A DNA stretch of 64,000 nt from an uncultured Sediminispirochaeta sp. (lineage in GTDB: Bacteria > Spirochaetota > Spirochaetia > DSM-16054 > Sediminispirochaetaceae): positions 25,595-89,594 of the forward strand of contig CAZDFY010000003.1 in the NCBI GenBank assembly GCA_964504785.1, read 5' to 3'. Below the pieces are notes generated by a model, which had not been told where the DNA came from, searched no databases, and saw nothing but the letters and a program-made list of their open reading frames with translations. A program made the position numbers and the translations under genes. Positions 18,386 through 27,958 of this stretch are shown in pieces. Within the stretch, counting starts at the first letter, position 1; the number at the start of each line of letters is the position of its first letter.

Positions 18386-20962
18386 ATGGAGAAGCCTTCT
18401 TTAAATGACAATTTTCGAAAGGAAGCTGAAAGTTATTTAGATAAACAGGGCGGACGCTTACAGGAGTATGCACACTATACTAATGAAGAGCTGCTGCATG
18501 AACTTCAGGTCCATCAGATAGAACTTGAATTACAGAATGACGAATTAAAAAATTCACAACTGAAGCTCCAGGAAGAGCGGGCGAAGTATACCTCCTTATT
18601 TAATTTGGCCCCTGTGGGGTATTTTAACCTAGATAAACAGGGCTTTATAAAGGATATGAACTACTCGGCCGAACATATGCTCGGCCGAGAAGTAGCAAGA
18701 AGTACCGACAGCAAGTTTACCGATTTCATTTATCCGGAGGACCAGGACCTCTTCTATTTTCATTTTCAAGACATATTGAAGTACGGCAAGGGGAAACCCC
18801 GTGAAATTCGCTTGATTAAGCCCGATAAGAGTAACTTTTACGTACGTATTCAAAGCACCACTATAAAGAACTCCCAACAGGGAATGAACATCTTTATGGC
18901 GGTAATTGATATCACTGAAATGGTAGAGGCAAGGAACCAACTGAAGGCGGCAAAGGTTGAGGCTGAAGCGGCTAGCCGGGCAAAAAGTCAGTTTCTTGCG
19001 AATATGAGCCATGAAATTAGAACACCCATGAACGGAATTCTTGGAATGTTGGAAATTGCTATGATGGCGGACCTCCCGGACGAACAGAAGGAGCATCTGA
19101 GATTAGCAAAATCATCGGCGGATAATTTGTTGAGTATCCTGAATGATATTCTGGACCTTTCAAAGATAGAAGCTAAAAAATTAACTTTACAGGAAATTGA
19201 ATTTAACCCAGCAGAGGTTATTTCCGGTGCAGCCCGGCTATTGAGTGTGAGCGCATGGCGTAATGGAGTAGAGTTGGTAGCCGGGGTCGATCCAAAAATC
19301 CCGAAACGACTTATAGGAGATCCCCTGCGACTGAAACAGGTGCTGTACAATTTATTGAGCAACGCGGTAAAGTTTACCGGTGAAGGTGAAATTCAAGTAC
19401 AAATAGCCCGGGAGAGCGGGGCTCCCCCGGGAAAGGAAAGACTCAAATTTGTATGCCGCGACAGCGGAATCGGAATAGACCCGAAACATGTGGAAAGGCT
19501 TTTTCAGACATTTACCCAGGCCGACGAAGCTACTACTAGAAAGTATGGAGGGACCGGGCTTGGATTGGCGATTAGTGCCAAATTGATTGAAATGATGGGC
19601 GGCAGCATCCATGTCGATTCGGCGGAGGGACGGGGAAGTACCTTTTCCTTTGTTATTGATCTGGCGATAGGCAAGGGAGTGAACAGTGAAACTGCAAAAG
19701 CCCCGGAGGACTCTGAAAGAGCTTCGGTAAAGCAGATACTTCTGGCGGAAGCCCATGAATCATCCCGAAGAGTTTTCAACATGTATTTTGAAGATCTTGA
19801 AGTGCCGGTATATCCTGTTTCACCGGGAAAGTTAACGGAGGATGAAAGTACGTCTTTAAAAGAAAAAATTACTCGGGTAGGGGAACCAGAAGAGCAGCTC
19901 GTTCTTATTTCAGGTAAAAAGACACAATTAGAAGAATTCCTCGAATTTCTTGATAAAGACCCTCTTCTCTCACGTATCCCAATTGTAATTGCCGGTTATC
20001 CACCGGAAAGCGCCGATTACAGGAACCGATTTTCCCAGTACAATGTGCATCGGGTTATTGAAAAACCAATTGATTACAATAATCTATCTGACATGCTGCA
20101 TAAGGTGTTCAACCAGAAATTATCTCAGGCCTCCACTCAGGCCTCCACAAATTCGGGCGATTCCGCCGGCGCGATTTTAACTAAGGACAAAACCATGGTA
20201 CCGACAATCCTTATTGCTGAAGATAACGATATAAATATGAAGGTGTTGGATGACTATTTCTCAAAAAAGCAGTGGAAGATAACTAAATGCAGAAACGGCA
20301 AGGAGGCCCTTGAACAGTTTATTTTACGCCCTGCGAGTATCGACGCCGTGTTAATGGATATTCAGATGCCGGTTATGGATGGATATGAGGCAATAACGAA
20401 GCTGCGTAATGAAGCCGGTGAGGCCGGAGCCAGGGTGCCGATTATTGCGATGACCGCCTATGCAATGTCCTCCGATCGTGAAAGATGTTATCGTGTCGGC
20501 GCGAACGACTATGTGACCAAACCTATTTCTTCAATGGAAAAACTGGAGGCTTTATTGGAACAGAATATGCAAAAGCACAGTGTAAAACAGCATATTGTTA
20601 TTGCTGAAGATGAAAACATCAACCGGATGTTTTTACACCGAATTTTAGATAAGGCAGGGTACCAGGTTTCAGAAACGAAGGATGGAGAGGGGGCCCTTTC
20701 CCTAATAAGCGAAGAATTGCCCCATATGGCCATACTTGATCTTCAGCTGCCCAAGAAAAACGGGATAACTGTTATTAATGAACTATGTGCGAATGAAAAA
20801 ACTGCGGCTATTCCTGTAATAATAATTTCTGGAAGGAGCTATGAAGAAATTGAAAGTGAAGATCTTCCTGAAAATGTTGTGGGAATCATCACTAAGCCTG
20901 TTGATCGTTCTACTCTGCTTGAATATATTGAAAACAATCTAAGAAGAAAGGCAGTTGAATGA
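18386..20962 (+). CDS. hybrid sensor histidine kinase (PAS-HisKA-HATPase-pseudoreceiver-REC-REC)
   Basis: 858 aa. H-box SHEIRTPMNGI and GTGLGL. One receiver-like segment lacks the phospho-Asp (ILLAEAHESS...LVLISGKK...EKPI). Two canonical receivers follow (AEDNDIN...LMDIQMP...TKP; AEDENIN...ILDLQLP...TKP). Confidence 0.9.
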   Translation: MEKPSLNDNFRKEAESYLDKQGGRLQEYAHYTNEELLHELQVHQIELELQNDELKNSQLKLQEERAKYTSLFNLAPVGYFNLDKQGFIKDMNYSAEHMLGREVARSTDSKFTDFIYPEDQDLFYFHFQDILKYGKGKPREIRLIKPDKSNFYVRIQSTTIKNSQQGMNIFMAVIDITEMVEARNQLKAAKVEAEAASRAKSQFLANMSHEIRTPMNGILGMLEIAMMADLPDEQKEHLRLAKSSADNLLSILNDILDLSKIEAKKLTLQEIEFNPAEVISGAARLLSVSAWRNGVELVAGVDPKIPKRLIGDPLRLKQVLYNLLSNAVKFTGEGEIQVQIARESGAPPGKERLKFVCRDSGIGIDPKHVERLFQTFTQADEATTRKYGGTGLGLAISAKLIEMMGGSIHVDSAEGRGSTFSFVIDLAIGKGVNSETAKAPEDSERASVKQILLAEAHESSRRVFNMYFEDLEVPVYPVSPGKLTEDESTSLKEKITRVGEPEEQLVLISGKKTQLEEFLEFLDKDPLLSRIPIVIAGYPPESADYRNRFSQYNVHRVIEKPIDYNNLSDMLHKVFNQKLSQASTQASTNSGDSAGAILTKDKTMVPTILIAEDNDINMKVLDDYFSKKQWKITKCRNGKEALEQFILRPASIDAVLMDIQMPVMDGYEAITKLRNEAGEAGARVPIIAMTAYAMSSDRERCYRVGANDYVTKPISSMEKLEALLEQNMQKHSVKQHIVIAEDENINRMFLHRILDKAGYQVSETKDGEGALSLISEELPHMAILDLQLPKKNGITVINELCANEKTAAIPVIIISGRSYEEIESEDLPENVVGIITKPVDRSTLLEYIENNLRRKAVE

Positions 20963-21831
20963 AAGATATTGGACCAGTAAAGGAAGATCTTATAATTGCT
21001 CAAAAAAATGAGATTACCGAATACCTTATTTATAAAAAGCTCGCGGACAAAGAAAAGGACCGCCGTAATCGGGTTACCTTACAAAAAATTAGTAATGAGG
21101 AACATCAACATTATGAATTCTGGAAGGAATATACCGGGCGTGAGTGTACACCCAACCGTATAAAAGTCTGGTTTTATCTCTTTATTGCACAGGTGTTCGG
21201 CCTTACCTTCGGCATAAAGCTTATGGAACTGGGTGAAGAAAATGCCCAGATCAACTATCAGAAAATTCAAGAGTATATACCCCAGGCGGAACAAATAATT
21301 GCCGATGAGGATTCTCATGAAAAGGCCCTTATCAATATAATTGAGGAAGAAAAACTGGACTATGTGGGGTCTATTGTTCTGGGATTAAACGACGCCCTAG
21401 TTGAATTGACCGGCACCCTGGCAGGCTTGTCCCTCGCCCTGCAAAACAATCGACTTATCGCGACCGTGGGGCTGATCACCGGTATTGCGGCTTCAATGTC
21501 CATGGCCGCTTCCGAGTATTTATCAAAAAAATCTGAAGGTGAAAGCAGCCGGGCATTACGCTCTTCCTTATATACCGGAATAGCGTATATCGGCACGGTT
21601 ATTTTACTGGTGTTACCATTTTTTCTGCTTCCTGTGTATCAGATCTCCCTGCCGGTAACCCTTGGAATCGGATTATTGATAATATTAATTTTTAATTTCT
21701 ACATTTCAGTGGCGAAGGACTATAACTTTCTGCACCGGTTTGGAGAAATGGCAGCTATAAGCCTAGGGGTCGCCTTTTTCTCATTTTTCATAGGCTTTAT
21801 TATTAGAGCGGTTTTCGGAGTGGATGTCTAA
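20959..21831 (+). CDS. ferritin-like (di-iron ExxH) domain fused to a VIT1/CCC1-family iron transporter
   Basis: 290 aa. ExxH motifs (EEHQHYEFW, DEDSHEKAL), then a glycine-rich multi-TM VIT1-like C-terminus. ATGA overlap with the kinase stop codon. Confidence 0.75.
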   Translation: MKDIGPVKEDLIIAQKNEITEYLIYKKLADKEKDRRNRVTLQKISNEEHQHYEFWKEYTGRECTPNRIKVWFYLFIAQVFGLTFGIKLMELGEENAQINYQKIQEYIPQAEQIIADEDSHEKALINIIEEEKLDYVGSIVLGLNDALVELTGTLAGLSLALQNNRLIATVGLITGIAASMSMAASEYLSKKSEGESSRALRSSLYTGIAYIGTVILLVLPFFLLPVYQISLPVTLGIGLLIILIFNFYISVAKDYNFLHRFGEMAAISLGVAFFSFFIGFIIRAVFGVDV

Positions 21832-21851
21832 AAGGGCGGATTGCCCGCCGC

Positions 21852-21890
21852 CCTGTTCTATAAAAGAGCGAAGCACTTGTGCAGAACAGG
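21852..21890. promoter_or_regulatory. 8-bp inverted repeat CCTGTTCT-N23-AGAACAGG between VIT1 and sufC
   Basis: Arms at 21852-21859 and 21883-21890 are perfect reverse complements. The role (operator or RNA hairpin) is unknown. Confidence 0.3.
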
Positions 21891-21978
21891 CGTTAGCAGC
21901 AGAATTTCAACTTGCCTTCTCCCTTAAACATTAGTAAATTGGTAGTGAATAACCAGCTCAGATAGAACGGAGTAACTT

Positions 21979-22731
21979 ATGTCACTACTACATATCCGCG
22001 CTCTCTCCTCAACAGTCTATGATGCCGCTGAGGAGCAGAACAAACCGATACTCAACGGGGTAGATCTGGACATCGAACCCGGTGAGATACATATGCTGAT
22101 GGGTACCAACGGGTCGGGAAAATCGACCCTGGCCCATGTGCTGATGGGCCACCCCCACCACAGGGTCACCGAGGGAACCATCCAATTCCAAGGCCGGGAT
22201 CTCCTCTCCATGTCCACCGACCAGCGGGCCCGGGCGGGCATGTACCTGGCCTTCCAGTATCCCACCGCCGTACCCGGTCTACCGGTGGCCACTTTCTTAA
22301 AAAAAGCCACCGAGGCCCGCCGAAACGAAGAGATCAGTGTGCGCGATTTCCAGAAGGAGCTGCGCGGACACATGCGTGAACTCGAGATCCCAAAGGCCTT
22401 CCTCGGTCGGTCTTTACACGAAGGCTTCTCCGGCGGCGAAAAAAAGCGTATGGAGGTGCTGCAGATGAACCTTCTCAAACCCGAACTGGCAATCCTCGAT
22501 GAGACCGACAGCGGGCTGGACATCGATGCCCTCAAACTCCTGTTCTCCAACATCAGAGAGAACAAGACCGACCGCCGGTCCCTGCTGATAATCACCCACT
22601 ACGACCGCATCCTCGATCACATCACTCCGGACCATGTGCACATCATGCAGGCCGGTAAGATAGTCCGCAGCGGCGGAGTCGAATTGAGCCGTTTTATCCA
22701 CAGCGAAGGCTTCGAGGCGGCGGTGCGCTGA
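21979..22731 (+). CDS. sufC: Fe-S cluster assembly ATPase SufC
   Basis: 250 aa. Walker [10 protein letters not shown], signature FSGGEKKR, Walker [13 protein letters not shown]. Confidence 0.9.
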   Translation: MSLLHIRALSSTVYDAAEEQNKPILNGVDLDIEPGEIHMLMGTNGSGKSTLAHVLMGHPHHRVTEGTIQFQGRDLLSMSTDQRARAGMYLAFQYPTAVPGLPVATFLKKATEARRNEEISVRDFQKELRGHMRELEIPKAFLGRSLHEGFSGGEKKRMEVLQMNLLKPELAILDETDSGLDIDALKLLFSNIRENKTDRRSLLIITHYDRILDHITPDHVHIMQAGKIVRSGGVELSRFIHSEGFEAAVR

Positions 22732-22732
22732 T

Positions 22733-24160
22733 ATGAACAACAGTCAACGTGAACATCTAAGCAAAATAAACAGCGATTACGAGGAGCTATACGGATTCAA
22801 GACCTCCTCCGAGTATATGGAGTCGGCCACCCGCGGCCTCAGCGAGGAGGTCGTCCGCGAAATATCCCGGCTGAAAGAAGAGCCGCAGTGGATGCTCGAT
22901 TTCCGCCTGCAGGCCCTGGACACCTTCAACCGCATGCCCGACCCGCAGTGGATCGACCCCTCGGTCTTTGCCGACATCAACTACGACGACCTCTACTACT
23001 ACGCCCGGGCCACGGAAAAGCAGTTCAACGACTGGGACGATGTACCCGAGCACATCAAGGAGACCTTCGACAAACTCGGTGTGCCCGAAGCCGAGAAAAA
23101 ATTCCTTGCCGGCGCCTCGGCCCAGTTTGAGTCCGAAGTGGTCTACCACCACATGCAGGAGGAGCTGGAAAAACAGGGGGTCATCTTCATGGACATCGAC
23201 TCGGGGCTCACGCAGCACGAGGAGCTCTTTCGCCGTTATTTCGCAAGCTTAGTACCACCCGACGACAACAAGTTCGCCGCTCTCAACTCGGCCGCCTGGT
23301 CCGGGGGCAGCTTTATCTACATTCCCCCCGGCGTAAAAGTCGACATCCCCCTGCAGGCCTACTTCCGCATCAACGCCGAAAGCATGGGCCAATTCGAACG
23401 TACCCTCATTATCGCCGACAAGGGCGCCTCGGTCCACTACATCGAAGGCTGCACCGCACCAGTCTACTCGCGTGAGTCCTTCCACACCGGCGTCATCGAG
23501 CTCTTCGCCATGGAAGGGGCCTCCCTGCGCTACACCACCATCCAGAACTGGTCCAACAACGTCCTCAACCTGGTCACCCAGCGGGCCGTCGCCCACAAGG
23601 ACGCCAAAGTCGAATGGATGGACGGCAACCTCGGCGCCCGCACCACCATGAAATACCCCGCCGTCTCCTTACTCGGCGAGGGCGCCCGGGGCCGCGTACT
23701 CTCCATCGGCTACGCCAGCGACATCCAGCGCCAGGACGCCGGCGCCAAGATCATCCACGCCGCCCCGCACACCTCCTCATCAATCACCGCCAAATCGATC
23801 TCCCACAAGGGCGGGCGCAGCTCCTACCGCGGCCTGGTCAAAGTACTACCCGGGGCCACCGACGTCACAGCCAACGTCCAGTGCGACGCCCTGCTCCTCG
23901 ACGACCACTCCCGCTCGGACACTTACCCGACCATCGACGTACAGGAACAGCGCCGGGTCAATCTCGCCCACGAAGCCACCGTCGGCAAAGTCAGCGACGA
24001 AGCCCTGTTTTACCTCATGAGCCGCGGCATCTCCGAAGAAGAGGCCCTCTTTATGATCGTCAACGGCTTCATCGAGGAGTTCGCCAAAGAGCTGCCCATG
24101 GAGTACGCCGTCGAACTCAACCGCCTCATACAACTCGAAATGGAAGGAGCAGTAGGCTAA
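22733..24160 (+). CDS. sufB: Fe-S cluster assembly protein SufB
   Basis: 475 aa, typical SufB length and C-terminus (FINEF-like [22 protein letters not shown]). Starts 1 nt after the sufC stop. Confidence 0.9.
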   Translation: MNNSQREHLSKINSDYEELYGFKTSSEYMESATRGLSEEVVREISRLKEEPQWMLDFRLQALDTFNRMPDPQWIDPSVFADINYDDLYYYARATEKQFNDWDDVPEHIKETFDKLGVPEAEKKFLAGASAQFESEVVYHHMQEELEKQGVIFMDIDSGLTQHEELFRRYFASLVPPDDNKFAALNSAAWSGGSFIYIPPGVKVDIPLQAYFRINAESMGQFERTLIIADKGASVHYIEGCTAPVYSRESFHTGVIELFAMEGASLRYTTIQNWSNNVLNLVTQRAVAHKDAKVEWMDGNLGARTTMKYPAVSLLGEGARGRVLSIGYASDIQRQDAGAKIIHAAPHTSSSITAKSISHKGGRSSYRGLVKVLPGATDVTANVQCDALLLDDHSRSDTYPTIDVQEQRRVNLAHEATVGKVSDEALFYLMSRGISEEEALFMIVNGFIEEFAKELPMEYAVELNRLIQLEMEGAVG

Positions 24161-25413
24161 TGGCACCCACACTTCAACACACTATACAAACCGAAGCACA
24201 GCAGCAATTTGCATCACTGCCCCGGCCGGGTGCCCCCGACGAAGCCTGGCGCAGGGTTCCTCTTAAGTCTCTCTATCCTTTGCTGGAACTCGAAAAGGGC
24301 ACATCGCAGCTCAAACTCGGCAGGGTACGGGTGCTCGCGAACCAGCGGGAGCTGCCCGCCCTGAAAAGCGGCGTGGAAGAAGATGCTCAAATCTTACAGA
24401 GATGGCAGCAGCTCGAAGCCGAGCGACAGCAGCACCGCCTCGAGCGGGCCAACGATGTGGAGCTAAACAAGCTCTTTGCCCTGCCGACTCTCTACTCGCC
24501 CCTGGTCCACGTGCTCGAGATAACCCCCGAATCCGAAAGCCCAATCCGCCTCGATATCCATCTGCACAGCGATGAATCGCCGGCAGTAGCCGCTCCCCTC
24601 TATTATATGCCGGTTCTCCTAGTGCATGCCCGTGCCCACAGCTCGGCCTCTGTTGAACTGCACCTCCACGCCGACGATCAGCAGCGCAGGCAGCGCAGCG
24701 CGGCAATGCTGGCCCGCAGCGTCTTCATCCTCGAGGAGGGGGCCTCCATCGACCTGTACGATGCCCGCGCCGGTGCGGAGGCCCCTCAGCTGAGCGCCGG
24801 GTTTAACCTGGAGCAGGCCTATCTCGGGGAAAATTCGGTGCTGACCATCGGCCGCGAGATCGGCCGCTTCGAAACCGGTATGCACGACGCCCGCTATGCA
24901 TTGCAGGGCCGAGGTGCGAAGCTGGCGGAGTATACCCTCATGCAGGCCGGCGGAGAACGGTTCAGCGGTCAAAAAACCGTGGTTGAACAGTACGGCCCCC
25001 ATACCTCCAGCGAGGTAGAGACACGTAGTATCCTGAACGACCGGGCCCACGGCAGTTTTGTCGGTACCATCAAAATACCCCAGGGGGCCCGCGGGGCCTC
25101 CGGTCATGAGACCCACCGCAGTCTGCTCCTCAGCCCGGGGGCCCGCATTGAATCGCTGCCGGAGCTGGAAATAGTGGAAAACGATGTGAGCTGCAGCCAC
25201 GGCTCCACCGTTACCGAGCTGGATGCCGAAGCCCGTCATTACCTCGAATCCCGCGGAATCAGCTGTGAGGAGACCCGGAAACTGCTTACCGCGGCCTTTT
25301 CCGACCAACTCAAGGCCCGTATGCCGGGTGCACAACCCGAGCTCGATGCGTTACACTATTATACAGAGGAAGATGTAGAGGAAACTGCAAAGGAGGACAA
25401 CCAAAGTGAGTGA
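24160..25413 (+). CDS. sufD: Fe-S cluster assembly protein SufD
   Basis: 418 aa from ATG 24160, which shares a TAATG overlap with the sufB stop. The beta-helix-like C-terminus resembles SufB/D. The track ORF 23614-25413 is the same frame extended over sufB. Confidence 0.85.
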   Translation: MAPTLQHTIQTEAQQQFASLPRPGAPDEAWRRVPLKSLYPLLELEKGTSQLKLGRVRVLANQRELPALKSGVEEDAQILQRWQQLEAERQQHRLERANDVELNKLFALPTLYSPLVHVLEITPESESPIRLDIHLHSDESPAVAAPLYYMPVLLVHARAHSSASVELHLHADDQQRRQRSAAMLARSVFILEEGASIDLYDARAGAEAPQLSAGFNLEQAYLGENSVLTIGREIGRFETGMHDARYALQGRGAKLAEYTLMQAGGERFSGQKTVVEQYGPHTSSEVETRSILNDRAHGSFVGTIKIPQGARGASGHETHRSLLLSPGARIESLPELEIVENDVSCSHGSTVTELDAEARHYLESRGISCEETRKLLTAAFSDQLKARMPGAQPELDALHYYTEEDVEETAKEDNQSE

Positions 25414-25900
25414 TACCTTATACCGCGACATACTGCTCGATCATTATAAATCAAAAAAACACAGGTTCGAACTAGTCGACCCGACCAGTAGAGAGGAGGG
25501 GAAGAACCCCCTCTGCGGCGATACCATCACACTGTACACCAAAATGGAGGGCGACACAATCGACCAGGTCAGCTATGACGGCCACGGCTGTTCCATCTCG
25601 ATGGCCTCCAGCAGCATGCTCTGCGAGGCCCTGGAAGGCCGCTCGGTGGACGAGGCGCTCGAACGTATTCAGCAGTTCAAAGAGATGCTGCTCACCGACC
25701 ACGATGTGGAACTGCCCGACGACATTGCCGATTTGGAGGCGATGGCCGGAGTAAAACAGTACCCGGTACGCATTAAGTGCGCCCTGCTGGTCTGGAACAC
25801 CGCCGAGCAGATGCTGAAAGAGGCCCGGGAAAAGGAGATTGGGGAAATAGAAGATCAGAAACCTCCCGCCGGGAACAGGGCCTCCGAAAGCGAGGAGTGA
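25406..25900 (+). CDS. sufU: SufU/IscU-type Fe-S (sulfur transfer) scaffold protein
   Basis: 164 aa. NPLCGD, HGCSISMASSS and the third Cys in RIKCALL. GTG start with an 8-nt overlap on sufD. Confidence 0.8.
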   Translation: MSDTLYRDILLDHYKSKKHRFELVDPTSREEGKNPLCGDTITLYTKMEGDTIDQVSYDGHGCSISMASSSMLCEALEGRSVDEALERIQQFKEMLLTDHDVELPDDIADLEAMAGVKQYPVRIKCALLVWNTAEQMLKEAREKEIGEIEDQKPPAGNRASESEE

Positions 25901-25904
25901 GTAC

Positions 25905-26213
25905 ATGTACAGCAAAGAGGAACTCCTAGAAAAAGTACATCCCGTCGAAGACCCGGAGATAGGTTTTTCCATCGTCGATATGGGGCTGATTTACGAAATA
26001 TATCAGGACGAGGAGTGGACAGTCCACGTTAAAATGACCCTGACCACTCCGATGTGCCCGATTGGCCCGACCATCGGTGAACATGTTAAAAACACCCTCC
26101 TTCAGAATTCCCACATCCCGAAGGTAGAACTTGAGTGGGTCTTCAGCCCTCCCTGGGACCCTAAAACGATGGCCAACGACGAAGTGAAGTGGGCCATGGG
26201 CATCTTTACTTGA
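25905..26213 (+). CDS. DUF59/SufT-like Fe-S assembly accessory protein
   Basis: 102 aa. VEDPEIGFSIVDMGLIYEI and TLTTPMCP are characteristic of the MIP18/DUF59 fold. Confidence 0.75.
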   Translation: MYSKEELLEKVHPVEDPEIGFSIVDMGLIYEIYQDEEWTVHVKMTLTTPMCPIGPTIGEHVKNTLLQNSHIPKVELEWVFSPPWDPKTMANDEVKWAMGIFT

Positions 26214-26269
26214 CAATTTTTTGTATGCCTATACACTACTAGCCAGTTTGATTAAAAGGACACATATAC

Positions 26270-27955
26270 ATGGCAGAAGGTGATAAAAAAGTAATTTACT
26301 CAATGATGCGTGTGAGTAAATTGCATGGGAAAAAGAGAGTCCTGAAGGACATTTCCCTTTCCTATTTTTACGGGGCAAAAATTGGCGTGCTGGGACTGAA
26401 CGGTGCCGGAAAAAGTTCGCTCCTCAGGATAATGGCCGGGGTTGATACCCAGTTTGAGGGCGAGGCGGTCCTTTCCCCGGGGTATTCGGTTGGTTTTCTT
26501 GAACAGGAACCCCATCTTGAAGATGGAAAAACAGTTCGACAGATAGTAGAAGAGGGTGTGCAGGACACAGTAGACCTCCTTTCAGAATACGAGAAAATAA
26601 ACGAAAAATTTGCCGAGCCCATGGAGCCGGATGAAATGGAGAAACTCCTCGAACGGCAGGGAGCGGTACAGGAAAAACTGGACGAGCTGGATGCATGGGA
26701 CCTCGATTCCCATCTGCAGCTTGCCATGGATGCCCTGCGATGCCCCCCGGAGGATCAAGTAGTGGATAATCTCTCCGGTGGTGAACGACGTCGGGTAGCC
26801 CTGGTCCGCCTGCTATTAAAGCAGCCGGATATTCTGTTGTTGGACGAGCCGACCAACCATCTGGATGCCGAATCGGTTGAGTGGCTGGAGCACCATCTGC
26901 AGCAGTATTCAGGCACCGTTATCGCCGTAACCCACGACCGCTACTTTCTGGACAACGTAGCCGGCTGGATTCTCGAGCTTGATATGGGAGAGGGCATTCC
27001 CTATCGTGGAAATTATTCCTCCTGGCTGGAACAAAAACGACAGCGCCTGGAGCTTGAGGAGAAACGGGAAACCGAACGGCAGAAGACCCTCAGCCGGGAG
27101 CTGGACTGGATCCGAATGGCCCCAAAGGGGCGACAGTCCAAAAGTAAAGCCAGAATAAACTCCTATGAGGAACTCCTTGCCCAGAATCAGGAAGATCGTC
27201 AGAGGGACCTTCAAATCTTTATTCCCCCGGGTCCACGCCTCGGAGACGTTGTGATTGAAGCTGATAAAGTAAAAAAGGGGTATGACGATCGATTACTCGT
27301 CGAAGACCTCACTTTCTCGGTGCCCCCTGGAGCAATAGTTGGTATTATCGGGCCGAACGGTGCCGGTAAAACTACCTTGTTTCGGATGGTTACCGGTAAG
27401 GAAGAGCCGGATAGCGGGACCCTGAAGGTCGGTGAAACGGTCAAGCTGGGGCATGTTGACCAGATGCGGGAATCTCTCGATCCCGAAAAGAGTGTATGGG
27501 AGATGATTTCCGAGGGAAAAGAGGAAATCCAGCTGGGAAAACGTACGATGAACTCCCGGGGCTACGTATCGCGGTTCAATTTTCTCGGGGCGGACCAGCA
27601 AAAAAAAGTAGGGGTCCTCTCCGGAGGAGAGCGGAACCGTGTGCAGCTGGCGATGATGCTGAAGAGCGGGGCAAACTGCCTTCTCCTCGATGAGCCGACC
27701 AACGACCTGGATGTAAACACCATGCGGGCCCTGGAGGACGGACTGCTGGAGTTTGCCGGATGTGTGATAGTGATTTCCCATGACCGCTGGTTTCTCGACC
27801 GTATTGCCACTCATATTCTTGCCTTTGAGGGGGACAGCTCTGTAAGATGGTTTTACGGCAACTACAGTGAGTACGAAGAGGACAGGCATCGTCGTCTGGG
27901 AACAGAAGCCGACACTCCACACCGGGTAAAATACAGAAAATTAACAAGGGAATAG
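26270..27955 (+). CDS. ettA: ABC-F translational throttle protein EttA
   Basis: 561 aa with two ABC cassettes (GLNGAGKSS/LSGGERRR; GPNGAGKTT/LSGGERNR) and no TM segments. Confidence 0.9.
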   Translation: MAEGDKKVIYSMMRVSKLHGKKRVLKDISLSYFYGAKIGVLGLNGAGKSSLLRIMAGVDTQFEGEAVLSPGYSVGFLEQEPHLEDGKTVRQIVEEGVQDTVDLLSEYEKINEKFAEPMEPDEMEKLLERQGAVQEKLDELDAWDLDSHLQLAMDALRCPPEDQVVDNLSGGERRRVALVRLLLKQPDILLLDEPTNHLDAESVEWLEHHLQQYSGTVIAVTHDRYFLDNVAGWILELDMGEGIPYRGNYSSWLEQKRQRLELEEKRETERQKTLSRELDWIRMAPKGRQSKSKARINSYEELLAQNQEDRQRDLQIFIPPGPRLGDVVIEADKVKKGYDDRLLVEDLTFSVPPGAIVGIIGPNGAGKTTLFRMVTGKEEPDSGTLKVGETVKLGHVDQMRESLDPEKSVWEMISEGKEEIQLGKRTMNSRGYVSRFNFLGADQQKKVGVLSGGERNRVQLAMMLKSGANCLLLDEPTNDLDVNTMRALEDGLLEFAGCVIVISHDRWFLDRIATHILAFEGDSSVRWFYGNYSEYEEDRHRRLGTEADTPHRVKYRKLTRE

Positions 27956-27958
27956 GAT

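Noticed and set aside
22694-22702. Perfect DnaA-box-like TTATCCACA
   Set aside because: It is a single copy inside the sufC coding sequence. No box cluster, AT-rich unwinding element or dnaA/dnaN context is present.
23614-24159. N-terminal 182 codons of the 599-aa track ORF 23614-25413, rich in Arg/Pro/His
   Set aside because: This part runs out of frame across sufB and has the low-complexity composition of an off-frame read in GC-rich DNA. The SufD-like sequence begins at ATG 24160 (TAATG junction with sufB).
24619-25335. 238-aa minus-strand ORF, plus several 100-190-aa ORFs across 22.0-25.4 kb
   Set aside because: They are antisense or off-frame within sufC/B/D. High GC suppresses stop codons in all frames.
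27293-27922. 209-aa minus-strand ORF
   Set aside because: It is antisense to ettA. It is a shadow ORF.
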